Source: Asterias rubens (lineage: Eukaryota). Taken from it: DNA of 64,000 bases. A model generated the notes under the pieces. The model worked only from the letters and a program-made list of their open reading frames with translations, had not been told where the DNA came from and did no database searches. Location of the stretch: the NCBI RefSeq assembly GCF_902459465.1, contig NC_047071.1, forward strand, positions 4,464,001 through 4,528,000, written 5' to 3'. This document shows, in pieces, positions 1 to 12,977 of the stretch; within the stretch, counting starts at the first letter, position 1; the number at the start of each line of letters is the position of its first letter. The position numbers were made by a program, and so were the translations under genes.

Positions 1-311
1 TTTTTGGAACCGTTTGATTTTGTTAATCCTAGATATGTCGATTTTGTACAATAGAACTTTCTTGGCAAGATTTTCGTTCAAAAGGGGGTCCCGACTTTGA
101 GATGTATCGCCAAAATCTGTAGTGGTTATATCCACGCAGGAAGAATAATCCCTAAAATAGGAATTTTGACAATTTTAGATTAAAACTTTAGCCCATAAAA
201 AGTGAGAGTCTTTTGACATTACCACATTACTTTGAAATGAAATGTTTCTCAAAATGCTTTATACTGTCCAAAGCTGCTGTAGGCTTCTCACAGTAAGTAT
301 ATAGTATTATA
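1..311. mobile_element. Fragment of an old TTAA-MITE family (family K), distant relative of family A
   Basis: Shares gcaggaagaataat with 8791-8804 and a cattactttgaa(a/g)tgaa...tttctcaa...tatact block with 12843-12895. No intact ends. Confidence 0.5.
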
Positions 312-504
312 GATTTCGAGACCTCAAAATCTAATTCTGAAGTCTCAAATTTGTGGAAAATTCTTTCACGAAAACTACGTTACTTCAGAGGGAGATGTTT
401 TTCACAATGTTTTATACTATCAACAGCTCTCCATTACTCTTTACCAAGTAAGGTTTTATGCCAATAATTATTTTGAGTAATAACCAATAGTGTCCACTTC
501 CTTT
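312..504. mobile_element. Family A MITE, right half only
   Basis: gatttcgagacctca...gaaaactacgttacttcagagggag...ttttgagtaataaccaatagtgtccac matches the hairpin-to-TIR half of the full copies. Confidence 0.85.
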
Positions 505-1239
505 TATGGCTTTATAAAATTGAACAGAGAAAGGATATATTACCAATGTGAACTGACATTCAACCTGATGACCCTTATCCAATAACATATTTTTTTAACC
601 GGTTTTATTTCCTTCAGTCAACAAAAGGGCAAAACAATATTTACTGCAATGAAGTAGAGAAGATACCCTTGCCTGATGGAAATAGTTGGACTGTATCAAG
701 AGAAGGTCCTTGATCTATGGACTTAGCATTACGGATTAGAAGAGACAGTTATTTACAAAATGTCCTTGGGTCTTGTTTGTGGAAGAGAAGTGTTAACATT
801 TCACGGAGCTGTTGTTAGTGGATCCTTATTATTTAATTATAACCATTCTTCCTCTCTGACGATGGCCTATGCCCAGCCCCAATCTAATCACAAGAATAAT
901 TAAACTGAACTGTCTTTTGAACAGATTTTCTTTTTAAATGGAAGGTATATGTTTGGTAATCAGTCTTAAAATTTATGGCAACAAGAAATATTGGTTAGAA
1001 GCCTACATCAGCTTTTGATAGTGCAAAGCATTTTGAGAAACATTTCAAAGGGATGTGGTTATTATGTAAAAAGAGATCAGTTTTTATGCCCCAAAATGTT
1101 AATCTAGATTGCGTATTTCTGTTAGAGATTACTCCTCCCATTTTCTGCGATATCTCATAACGCGACCACATTTTGAAATGAAAAATTCAGATGTTACTTC
1201 ATTGTAAACATCTACATTTATACATAACTATTAAATACG

Positions 1240-1520
1240 GTTCCAAAATACAAAGGTATTCTTTGCCTTTAATGGACATATTCCATTTTTTAATGGAGTA
1301 AAAATTAAGAGTTCTACAGTAATGTTCATACAAAAGCGAATCAATACAAGCGTAATATTTCGCCTTTTTTTGTATGAAAGCTCATTTACAAAGAAAGACA
1401 GCCTGTTTAAACAGCTGTTTGTGCAAAGCATCGGTTCGTAAACCATACAAGAGGGAGAAACTGTCCGGGACTCCAATCACAAGGATCCTGTCTGAATGAA
1501 GCAGGATTTGTACATGACGA
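1240..1520 (-). mobile_element. Possible degenerate L1/Tx1-like LINE ORF2 C-terminal remnant
   Basis: A minus frame reads AETIRHV...SFSLLYGL...KQLFKQAVFLCK*AFIQKK, loosely like the ET..H / LLG / N..LL.K..I pattern at L1-clade C-termini. It contains stops and the similarity was judged by eye only. Confidence 0.3.
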
Positions 1521-2904
1521 ATGGTCTCAGCTTATGATTATAACGGCTCTCAGTACAAATACAGCCAGCGCTAGATTACACAAGTTCCTCTCCTAGTGTT
1601 GGAGGCGGAAATGAACACAGCCCATGAGGTTGGCGGATAAAATGGCGCTAGGCGATGGTGGGTGAGATGTCGATTAAGTATTGCAACAACAAATAACGAG
1701 GAGCGTTCGTTATTGATAATCGTAGTACAGTTTTTCCAGCTCTGTAGTTTTTCTACCTTCATGAAAAAAGGGTGCTATTGTGATGTTGTTGTTGTTGTTT
1801 TGGGGTTTTTTTTCGTGTTTTTTTCCCCCCCTTTTTTGAGTGGGGAGTTATGCAAAAAAAAAAAAAACAATTATCATGTCCATATGGTCAATTTATCACT
1901 AAAGAAACGACGCTTGAAAGGGTTAAACCCTATGCAAGGGACTTAGGTTAAGAGTAAAGTAACTCGACTCTTTTAATTTTTGGTGAAGTACACCAGAGGC
2001 TAGAGTTTCAGCTTTAATTTCAGCTGAGGTTGTATCCTTTCCTTTAATGCACCGCTGGTTGATGGTCAACTGGTGTTGTTTGACCAGATATAATAATATG
2101 GAGGTGCGTAGGATTGATTGAGAGACCACAGCTGTCCGCTGACCAACCCTGTATTGATTACACAGTATGACTTGTTTGTTATCAAGCAATATGTTATGTG
2201 TTAATTTTTAGCTGCTGAACAACTTTTATTTAGCGATGCGGATACAAAATTGAAGTAGGGTTTCGCTATTTGATAGCTCCATGGTAACTAGAAATCACAG
2301 AGGCAGTTTGTTGGACGGAGCACTTGATTAAGTTATTGTGTGGGGAAGGTGAAGGTATTTATCTGATTTTGGTGAATTCAAAGTACGTTTTATTCTGTTT
2401 GCTCTAATAGATTGTCAGATTTATTTTATTTATTTATTGATAACCAACAGCAGTAATCGCTACTAACAGGTTTCTAAGAAATAAGAAAGCATTGGAGCCA
2501 TTCAATGAAGTGAATGTATAAATATTTAAGAAAATCATGAAAATAAGAAAATAAATTATGTACAAATTATTTAGAATTACAATCAATATTTTTTTAATTA
2601 TTAATAACGGTGTAAGAAATTCAACAACGTGCAAATTAACCTCAACATTTCCGATAAACAAGAAGATCCACAGCATAAACTAGAAGGGGAAACAAATAAA
2701 TCATTAGATAGAATAAAAATGTAGACTACCCTAGCATAGGCCTATGATTAATGGAATATTTTTAGATGGATTCCTAGCGTATGACCAGAAACCGATGCCT
2801 TGAAGCGTGTTTTATTAGATCTTCTTCCGTGAAAGTACAGTCCACCATCTGGTGTATTGCGATAAGTTGGTAAGGTCTTATTGTTACGTAATCTTGGTGA
2901 TGGA

Positions 2905-2950
2905 AGATGATATAAGATGAATAAGATAGATAAGATATGATATAAGATAA
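2905..2950. repeat. Degenerate (ATAAG/ATATG)n microsatellite
   Basis: gatgatataagatgaataagatagataagatatgatataagataa. Confidence 0.8.
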
Positions 2951-3160
2951 TGGAGGAAGGAGTTCTTGATATAAGAAGCAATTTTCATGTGTCTTTTCTG
3001 TATGCTGTCCTTTCTTCAGTCTGCTTTTCTTCATTGTTTTTGTCTCAAGGTTTTGTAAATTGTTGGAGTCTAGCTCTGTCTGTTTAACTCTCTTTTTTAT
3101 TTTCTCATCTTTAATAACTGTATCCTGTTTTGATCTGTTAAATCATAACAATTGTTTTAA

Positions 3161-3496
3161 GAGATCTATTTTTCTATGGACTTTATGCATTTTTTTTAAA
3201 CATGATTTTAGTGGTCCAGCATAAATTTCCAGTTTGTCATTCTTGATGTGCGTTGTGCAAACCTTGATTTGCCATCATCGGTGCGTTTCAATCCATCCCT
3301 TCATCTATCTCTACCCAACTCAAACTGATCTAGATCACAACAATTTTATCTGGAGATGTATTTTTCCCATGGACTCTCTGCATTTTTTTATAGGATTTTA
3401 GTGGCAGCATAAATTTTGTCAGCCTTGATGTGCGTTGTGCAAACCTTGATTTGCCATCATCTGTGCATTCCAATCCATCCCTTCATCTATCTCTAC
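3161..3496. repeat. Diverged tandem duplication, unit ~180-190 bp
   Basis: cttgatgtgcgttgtgcaaaccttgatttgccatcatc occurs at 3242 and 3424. caatccatcccttcatctatctctac also occurs twice. Confidence 0.9.
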
Positions 3497-5998
3497 TCGA
3501 CACAAAGCGACTTAGCTAGGAACCACACTGAGCCAATCTCCTCAAACGCCATCCATCCTGCTCAGCGCTGCTATTGATGTCAAACCCATAGCATCAAGCC
3601 TTAATTGTAACGTAACCAATACTCGCTGAGCTGTGGCAAGCTCAAACTCATTTCAGACGAGGCATTGTCGATAGCTGGCTGGCGGAGCCTCGGCTGAATT
3701 CAGTGAGTGGTTCTCATTAAGGCGATATAAATAGTTCTCTCATGGCCACTCGTATACTTTGGATATTTGGTTTGGCAAACAGGACGCGGGAGAATCATGG
3801 AGGTTTGGTTTAGAGCGGTAGGCTCATCATAGCTTAGATATTTTGAATCATCAAAAGACATTTTCTGAAGTTTAGATTCATTTGTTTTTAAAAACTAGAC
3901 AGCAGTATTCTTTAACCCAGTCAACCTCCTAAAACTGGAATGATAAATAGAAGTCTAAATGTTAAATTTCCATTTGGGATAGAGAATTTGTTTTTTTGGG
4001 GGGTGGGGGGGTTTACCTTTACATCGATGTGTGTTAGAACTGTATACTTATTATTTATCACAGTGTTTACACACATCCACGTGAGAGTAAAACTAAAAAA
4101 AACAAAGTCTAGAGTTTAATAAGACTGTTAAATTGCACAGTTACAGAAAATTGTTGGCATTTTGGAAAGATCTCTTTTGAGCTGTGTCACAGAACACCAC
4201 TTTAGAGAAGGGGGCCTAATAAAGAAGGGTCTTGTTCCTCAAGTTTCAAATTCAACTTATTAAAATAAAATCTTAGTAGTTAGTAGTTTTTTGATTTTGT
4301 ATGTCATTTCCATGCAAGAAAAAGAGATTTGAGGTAATCTTAACCCTTGTATTTTTGAGGAGCGTCTTTGTATTTGAACAAGACCCCAGTTCTTAGTTGA
4401 GAGGCTTTACCCCCCTTTGTGTTCTCCTGTGCCCTGGTGTGGTCTCCTGCGCACCTGGGTGTTTAAATGACATGGCAGGTCATTTAGTCTGCGCACAATG
4501 CCCTGGTTTACCGGGCAATATTAAAGCAAGCCTTGGGTATCACATGACATGAGGTAAAGGAAGAGCAGGTAATGAAAGGAGGAGGGTGATTAATGGAGGC
4601 CTTTGGTCATCAATTGCCGCGTGTGCGTCTGCAAGATAAAACCTACACCCAAGCAGGCATCTTATTTATCATTCTACTTAGAGATTGCCAAGCAATGAAG
4701 AGGAGCAAGAAATAGAGCAGAGTGCTCGGCATTCTTGCAAATTGTATAGTCTGTGAGGATACTTTTAAGGTGCATTGAAGCATTTGGTAATGCTCTGATT
4801 TATCTAAGCCTTTGATCTGTTTTATTATCGGGAGAATTGAAGGAGAATTGGGCTCGGAATATGCAGATATATGACCAGTTATCTTTCTCATAAGCCGAGA
4901 ATAAAAATGAATCTTAAAGTCAAACAAAATGCTCTCTTTCCGTTTGTTAGCCATGGACCATTCTACTTTTATAAGATTTTTTATTTTATTGAATGTTTTA
5001 TTGTCAAGTAAATTAGTATTCTAGAGCTACACCAGTCACGTGGTATTGTATAAAGCAAGTAATGATGAATATTTGACAAGTTTGTGTAACAGCTTATAAT
5101 TTCTTTCCCTTTTTTTCCCTTTCATTTATGAAGCTAAATTATATTTAGGCAGTCAATACATCAATGAAAAAAAGAAATTTATGAAAATCTCAACTCCGAG
5201 ACTTATAAAACACCATATAACATCGGTTACTGGGAACACTTTCTGTTTGTTAACTCTTGCTTCATGCTGACTCGCTTTTATAATCTTTTAAGGACTACTT
5301 TTGGTTCATAACCAGTAGTTTCAGTGAGGATGCTTATTATGTTCTTTCATCCCCGCAAGCACTTTTCTTAAGAAACAACCTTTAAAACGCAATTTAAATT
5401 CATGAAAACCACTTACAAATCGTTCTATTCAAAACCCCCCTTCAAATGAATTACCTGCTACAAACTGATTACCAACCCAAATGGCTTGTAATGTAAATGC
5501 TGAAGAGGCAATTGCCTCCTGTTTTGACATTAGAATCTTTCTCAAAGGCTAAAAGTGTTTACTAATTATTTATTTAGTTTTCAGTGTGTATTTTGTCTTT
5601 ATCCACATTATAAATGTAAACATCAGTGGTTTGTAAATTTTGTGCAGTTTATGTTGTTTAAAAAGTGGAACTGGTGGAGAAAGTGGAGTTCACCCTCAAA
5701 GATGAAACAATAAAAAAGTATATTCACAAATAGAAATAAGCAAAATCACTCCCTGCATCAAGGTAAAAGAATGGTTAGGTGACTTTAGTTAGCATTCATC
5801 GTCGTTACACTATTTTGAATTAGGGAATAAGACATGAGATGAGTTACTGAAGGGTAGCATTGACGACGTCGGCACTGACCGTGTCTGACTTGCCCGTAGG
5901 CCCAGGGAGCCCCAGAACGACATCTTGGGGGAATCTTACCCTCTTGTCGCCAGCATACAACCATCCTCGCGATCACTCAACACTCGTAGCTTCTTTCC

Positions 5999-6022
5999 GG
6001 GGGGGGGGGGGGGGGGGGGGGG
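5999..6022 (+). repeat. Poly-G tract (24 nt)
   Basis: Direct reading. Confidence 0.95.
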
Positions 6023-8228
6023 TCTTGTAGACCTCTAGCTCTTCTAGCAATGAAGACAGCATCTGATGTTGAAGTGGACAAGACCTCAAGAACCCAAGTT
6101 ACCCTTGTTGTGTGCTGCGCATAAATGTTTTAGCAAGTGGGGAAATATGTTTAGATTTTTTTTTATAAATAATGGTTAGTTCAGGAGGGTTATTTGTTTT
6201 GACAAGTGGGAAAACAGAGTTAATTAAAAAGGTGATTAATAATTGTCAGTTTTATTGTCTGTAGGTTCACTGGATCAATATCTGAGGCTTTATCAATCAT
6301 GAATTTTTTTCAAGACAGTCAGTGTTCAACATAAAAAACAGTTTGTTTAAATTGATGGGAGTGAAATCTCCTAAATGCTTATAAAAGGGTATTTGGTATT
6401 TTTTAAAGAAGATGTATTAACTGTGCTTACTGTATGAGAAATCATTATGTCGATTGTACTAAATATTTTAAGAAATATGTAAGAAATCAGACTAGAATAT
6501 CATCAAAACTTGCTTATTCAAACATGCCCTCTTTTCAAAATAGAATATAAAACATTTATTCTAAACAGTTTTGAACTGCTTTAAGTCTTTTGATATTATT
6601 AAGAAAGGGGTACTCAAGTCTTTACCCAAACAGATGCATTGGAAATTCCCAGTTGTTTCAAATAAATCAACTCGATCCAATTTGATTTCCAGGAAATTAA
6701 AAACAGTAAGGATTAACCTCAACTTCATTTTACTTTCAAATTCATCCAGTGTTTGTCCTGATCCTTAAGTTGTTGTTTGCAAGTACTGACTTGTTTTTAT
6801 GAAGCGGCGACAAGTGGAATAGATTTAAAGAACTGCATAGATTTAAACCAAACCGAATCAAGAGTTGTTTTTTTAATGTCCAGTAAGTTAATCATTCAAT
6901 GCAGCATGTGTGTATTTGTACAGATGCTTTGTGTAACCAGCCCAACTACTCTCTCTACATGTGTAATACACATTTGTTAAAGCATGCACTAGCCGCGCAA
7001 GTGCCACCCTAAACTGCTTATAAATGGCTACAGTGCATTTTCAGTCCAAAGCAAGCAAGCGAGGTCCCGTCGTTAAGACTAGCTCAGGGCTACCCAACCC
7101 GTATTGATATGTATCGGGAATATTTGCATACACACAAGACTTGGCGGATGTGTCCAGACTCCAGGAAAAGAAAGAGAAGGGGGGGTCGGAGCGAGGCAAA
7201 ACGGGACATGTAGTCCTTTCAATAATGCATGGAGCAACTCATTTCCAATCGGTGGCTCTTTGCTGGGAAATTAAAGCTGAAGCAAGGGATCTTGCATTTC
7301 CTGTGTGCTAGGCATAATGTGTTGGCTCTTGGCTAATTCTACAAAGACACAAGAGAGAGATTGCACTGAGAATTGGGGACCATCAACAGTAACTGCAAAA
7401 CGTTTTGTGTTTTTTTTTTCTTTTTCTTTCTTCCCCTGGTTTTTTTTCTTCTTGTCCGTTATTAAGAGTGGATGTAAAATCACACTGTTATGCCTGAGGA
7501 TTCAGAAAGGAAAAGTGTATGTGGGGAAACTACAAGTGAAATTCAAAAGCTTGGATTTCAAGATATTTTATATTGCTGAAAAGGAAGTGTTATTATATTA
7601 TATATTATTTTTAATCAATTAGTGTGTTCATTTATATATTGTTTTTGTTTATTTATGTACTTGGTTTTTTATTGGATATTCATTTTATAATTTTTATTTT
7701 ATTTTATTTTTTACTGGTATATCTCTTTTTCCCCTCTTTTTTTTGCGGGGGGGGGATGCCTGGTAATTAGGATCAACTCCCAAGGAGACGTCCAAGATGA
7801 ACAATTTGCAAATGACTTTTTTGTTGCGTCACTCTGTTTTTTGCCTTAAGAGGCAGGAACTGCTGAGAGGGTTGTTTGCGAAAAATCAGGTGGAAATTTA
7901 CAAGCTGAAATATCAGGAATGGAGGCAGTTTAGAAAAAAAACAGTCCAAAATGAGTGAATGACCTTTTGATCATAACTTCTTCTTCAAAGTTGCTAATGT
8001 TTTTTTCTCCATATTAAAGTATCACAATGACCTGATTGACGAACAGGCACTTGAATATTTGTCACAGTAAACTCAAATCATGCTTCAATTTTTGTCCAAA
8101 CACCCTTGTCCTTGTGAGGTTTATGCATTTTCTTTTTGTGGACGCAAACCTTTGAGATCACAGCTTTGCACATTTGGGTATCAATCCAAGGATTGTATTT
8201 CTTTCATACTTATGTTGTGGTGTGTAAT

Positions 8229-8617
8229 TTAAAGACACTGGACACTATTGGTAATTGTCAAATACCAGTCTTCTCTCTCAGTGTATCTCAACATATGCAT
8301 AAAATAACAAACCTGTGAAAATTTGAGCTCAATCGGTCATCGAAGTTGCGAGATACCAATGAAAGAAAAAACACCCTTGTCACACGAGGTTGTGTGCGTT
8401 CAGATGCTTGATTTTGAGACCTCAAATTCTAAATCTGAGGTCTCGAAATCAAATTCATGGAAAATTACTTCTTTCTCAAAAACTGCTTTACTTCAGAGGG
8501 AGCCGTTTCTAACACCGTTTTTTTTTACTACCAACAGCTCCCCATTGCTTGTTAACAAGTAAGGTTTTGTGCTAATATATATTTTGAGTAATTACCAATA
8601 GTGTCCACTACCTTTAA
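8229..8617. mobile_element. Family A MITE, full length (Kolobok/T2-like, TTAA-flanked)
   Basis: TTAA-agacactggacactattggtaatt ... aattaccaatagtgtccactacct-TTAA. Coordinates include both TTAA. Confidence 0.9.
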
Positions 8618-8689
8618 AGCCAGGAAGTGCAGATGGTGTCATTATACATTCTTGACGTTGATGTTATTTGCCCCCTCAGATTTACGCCT

Positions 8690-9389
8690 GTGAATCATTG
8701 TGAATGATTGATAGGTTTCAGTCAGTACATTTCTCACATTCGTGTTGTCAAAAAATCAACTTGTGATAGTTCTAAAGCGGTGATGTCCATGCAGGAAGAA
8801 TAATCCTTAAAGCCATTGGACCCTTTCGGTACAGAAAACAAAATAAAAGTTTACAGATTTACAAATAACTTTTACAGGGTTTAAAGAAGGTAGCAATGAA
8901 AGACTTCTCTTGAAATATAAGTCCATGAAATGCTTTACATTTTGAGAAAACAATAAAACAATATCAATTCTCGATAGCGAGAATTACGGATTTATTTTAA
9001 ACACATGTCATGACACGGCGAAACGTGCGGATACAAGGATGGGTTTTCCCATTATTTTCTCCTGACTCCGATGACCGATTGAGCCTAAATTTCCATAGGT
9101 TTGTTATGCTATATAGAAGTTGTAATACACGAAGTGTGGGCCTTGGAAAATGCTGTTTACCGAAAGGGTCCAATGGCTTTAATTGGAATACATAGTCTGA
9201 GAAACATGTCTGACAGTAACACTTCTCAGATTCCAATGTTTGGGCAATCAAAACCGATATCTTTTACCATGAACACATTATCTCAAAATGAAATTTGTAC
9301 ACTATCCAAAGATGCTCTACTTCTAACCAATTAAGGTTTTTTGCCATTTTTTTCAAGAGTGAAAATCAAACGTATACATTTCCCTTTAA
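8690..9389. mobile_element. Old family K MITE interrupted by a family B insertion
   Basis: Right end cgtatacatttccct-TTAA is the reverse complement of the K start TTAA-agggaaagtatacg (12596). The left boundary is uncertain. Confidence 0.5.
8807..9182. mobile_element. Family B MITE, full length, TTAA-flanked
   Basis: TTAA-agccattggaccctttcggta ... taccgaaagggtccaatggct-TTAA (21-bp TIR). Confidence 0.9.
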
Positions 9390-10284
9390 GGCTACAAAGT
9401 GTTTAGTAACTCATTAACACTGTGCTTCAGTAATATTTTCCTGTTGATCTGTTAAAAAAAAAAGAAGTTGTTTAAGCGTTATTTCTAAATAGTCTGCACA
9501 GATGTAAACTTCCAAATACCTCCTTGATAGAATTGAGAAATATTCAGTGCAATAGTTAGATCACCTGATATCAACTAATGACATATTATTAACAGTTTAC
9601 ACACAGAAAAAAAATACATAATTGGGTCAACTTAAAAAAAAATTTGGGGGTTAGTTGATAGTTATCTAACGCTGATCTATCCAGGCTCGAAGGTTTTTTG
9701 TCATTTTGCACGAGTATTTCCAGAGATTATACTGTAAGGGTATTTCTGCTTAATCAAGCATGATTTATGTAACTTAATCTTCTTATGCATTTTGCCAACT
9801 GAATCATTGAAGTGTTTTTGTTGTGCACAGCTGTGATGTTTTAGCCTGCGTCAAATCTGATGAAAGGAGCGCACACTAACAGTTTGGTTGATTTATCAAT
9901 GTTGATTTGTATCATTGAAGCGTTTTTGTTCTTCTTCATCAAATGAATCGGCAATTTTATAGTTGAGGTTTTGCTTAGATGCGATACTTGTTGTGGGTGA
10001 GGCTCTGTGATGCAGCTCTTGAATGCAATCTGTTCGTTACATTTCAAAGCACGTCCAGTTGAAAAGGGCACAGTGTGCAAACTTGCTGGTTGCTTTTGTA
10101 GTGAACGAGGGCTGACACAATCATTCAAATTCACAGTGAAACATTTTGACTTCAGCTTATTGGATTTGTGGCTGCAATGTTTCACAGCATTATTCTGCTT
10201 CATGCACATGAAGCATCATATCTGCTTCTCACCGAATTGTAAAGTTTAAATTGGTTAAAATTCAGTTCAATGTATCTAGTGGCA

Positions 10285-10334
10285 ACCAATCCTCCTGAAG
10301 ACGATCAGAGCATACTGATTGAAACATCAAGTTG
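10285..10334 (+). ncRNA. Degenerate minimal type I hammerhead-ribozyme-like motif (Penelope-like terminal repeat relic)
   Basis: cctc-CTGAAGA-c-gatcag/agcata/ctgatt-GAAAC-ATC-aagttg: CUGANGA and GAAA core flanking a stem II. A second, more decayed copy lies at 25212-25245. Confidence 0.4.
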
Positions 10335-10404
10335 TCAAATAGCGGTTACTATTCCACAAACTTCACCTGATTAAACTCCCACCATGCGAAGTTTTAAATC
10401 CTAC

Positions 10405-10737
10405 TTAAAGGCAAGGGACACTATTGGTAATTACTCAAAATAATTGTCATCTGTGAGAAACAGCTCCCTCTGAAGTGACGTCGTTTTCGAGAAAGAAGTA
10501 ATTTTCCACGAATTTGATTTCGAGACCTCAAGTTTAGAAGTTGAGGTCTCGAAATCAAGCATCAGAAAGCACACAACTTCGTGTGACAAGGGTGTTTTTT
10601 CTTTCATTATTATCTCGCAACTTCTATGACCGATTGAGCTCAAATTTTCACAGGTTTGTTATTTTATGCATATGTTGAGATACACCAAGTGAGAAGACTG
10701 GTCTTTGACATTTACCAATAGTGTCCACTGCCTTTAA
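10405..10737. mobile_element. Family A MITE with an internal deletion of roughly 50 bp
   Basis: TTAA-aggcaagggacactattggtaatt ... accaatagtgtccactgcct-TTAA. It lacks the gcataaaacc...gtataaaac block. Confidence 0.9.
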
Positions 10738-11065
10738 CCAAACAAGTGTGTTTTGGTTGAAACTGTGAAATCGAACCCCAATGACTTGCTCTAAGGCCAG
10801 AGTTCAAATCTAGAAATCTAGCCACAGCCCTTGCTCTGAGAGCCGCATTGAAACCTAGCAATCTAGGCTTAACCACTCTGTGTTTCCTTTAAAAAAAAAA
10901 ACCGACCTGACTAATATAATCCCTTTATTTTGCTAAGATCTCCTGTGAACACATTCTGACATCAAAACCTTCTACCTCGTATTAAAACAGCTCAAAGTTT
11001 TCTCATTATTGAAATGGATAATTGTCCATTTCCTTGGATGCAGCTAGATGTGTTTTCCCATTAGC

Positions 11066-11565
11066 NNNNNNNNNNNNNNNNNNNNNNNNNNNNNNNNNNN
11101 NNNNNNNNNNNNNNNNNNNNNNNNNNNNNNNNNNNNNNNNNNNNNNNNNNNNNNNNNNNNNNNNNNNNNNNNNNNNNNNNNNNNNNNNNNNNNNNNNNNN
11201 NNNNNNNNNNNNNNNNNNNNNNNNNNNNNNNNNNNNNNNNNNNNNNNNNNNNNNNNNNNNNNNNNNNNNNNNNNNNNNNNNNNNNNNNNNNNNNNNNNNN
11301 NNNNNNNNNNNNNNNNNNNNNNNNNNNNNNNNNNNNNNNNNNNNNNNNNNNNNNNNNNNNNNNNNNNNNNNNNNNNNNNNNNNNNNNNNNNNNNNNNNNN
11401 NNNNNNNNNNNNNNNNNNNNNNNNNNNNNNNNNNNNNNNNNNNNNNNNNNNNNNNNNNNNNNNNNNNNNNNNNNNNNNNNNNNNNNNNNNNNNNNNNNNN
11501 NNNNNNNNNNNNNNNNNNNNNNNNNNNNNNNNNNNNNNNNNNNNNNNNNNNNNNNNNNNNNNNNN
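11066..11565. other. Assembly/scaffolding gap of exactly 500 N
   Basis: A round fixed-size N run, typical of scaffolder-inserted gaps of unknown true length. Confidence 0.97.
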
Positions 11566-12595
11566 ATGAAGGGCCGGGTGCGATGCTAATCAACAAAAGC
11601 TAGTACCTAAATAATCAAGTGATTATGAATGCAAAAGGTGCTCTCCAGTCTGTAGAGTCTGTAACCATTATTGCCCATATGGTGATCAGGGAGCTCTTCA
11701 AAGAGCAGACAACAGAAACAAAATCTTCGCTGTTTGTGTTTGTCGATTGTTCAACAAGCCCAAGGGACAATCATGGCTCAATATGGTGATTAAAAATTGG
11801 TTAGCAATTAACAACCTCTTTAAGTAAATAAAAAAAAAATGCAAATATGGCATAAATATATTCAATTTTGTGGTATATTCCAGGTTGTATTGCTACCCTA
11901 CAATTTACCTTAGATATTCCTATGTGACAATCTGCACAGCTTAGAAAAAAAAAAAAATTTAAATTTAACCAAAAAATGCAACAATGTGAGTTAAAAGTGA
12001 GGAACAAACTCTGTAGTATCGTAAGAAACACCAGGATTGTTATCCAGTTTCCGGTGAGAAAATTGTGAAACAAGCAGACATCAAGCTTAGCTGGGATGAT
12101 CTACACATTAGGCCAAATAAAAAATAAAAACATGTTTAGCATCCTGCCTTGTTGAAGACGAAAAAGCAAAGAGGACCTCTTTTTCTCTTTCTTAAAAATG
12201 GTCGTCCCACAATTCATAAAGACAACCAGCTGGGCTACTTAGCAATTTTTCTTAAATCTGAGATCGTTAAAATATATCACATTTTTTTCGTTAAAAAAAA
12301 GAAAAAGAAAAAAAGAAGAGAAGGCAGCCTCTAAAAAGGAAGCTTGCGGGGACGCTAAACATGTTTTACAATTTATTTGGACTTATTGAAAGACACCTGG
12401 TGTTTAGAATCCTCTCCAGGTAAGTGTTACAATGGCTACAATAAGAGGACTCTGGTGAGTGGTATATCCTGCACCGGATGGCCAACGCGTGTGGAAAGAA
12501 GAGACAAAAAACACAATTGAATTATCACAAGTCATTCTGGATAACATTGTCATCCTGTGTCACTGAGATGTCTCATTATTGTTTCTGGGTAGTCG

Positions 12596-12977
12596 TTAAA
12601 GGGAAAGTATACGTTTTGGGAACTGTCTGATTGTTTTAATCCTTTATAAATATAGATAGATACAATAAACTAACCTGTGAAAATTTCTTTCATAAGGTGG
12701 TCGTGTTGCCGAAAATCTGAGGCGGTTCGGCTTTGCAGGAAAAATAATATTGCAATTGGAAACACAATCTGAGAAGCGTTTAAGTACGATTCTCAGATTC
12801 AAGATTTTAGGGCATAAAAACTGTCATCTTTTTGCATAACATCATTACTTTGAAGTGAAGTAATTAGTTTCTCAAGAGGCCTTATTATACTATCAAAAAC
12901 TGTTGTGTACTTCAATCAAAGGTTTACATTTTGTCATTAATTTTAAGAGTGATTACATATTGTATACCCTCCCTTAA
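12596..12977. mobile_element. Family K MITE (old), TTAA-flanked; mirror copy ~40975-41359
   Basis: TTAA-agggaaagtatac ... gtataccctccc-TTAA. The right half aligns by eye to the right half of family A. Confidence 0.65.

Noticed and set aside
3530-3760. CCAAT and TATAAATA promoter-like motifs
   Set aside because: Such short motifs are expected by chance in AT-rich DNA, and there is no downstream exon evidence.
4380-4960. Pbx/Hox-like TGATTTAT/TGATTAAT sites suggesting a conserved enhancer
   Set aside because: The motif frequency is unremarkable for this base composition, and conservation cannot be assessed here.
11006-11603. Three 173-196 aa ORFs
   Set aside because: They are artefacts of translating through the N gap.
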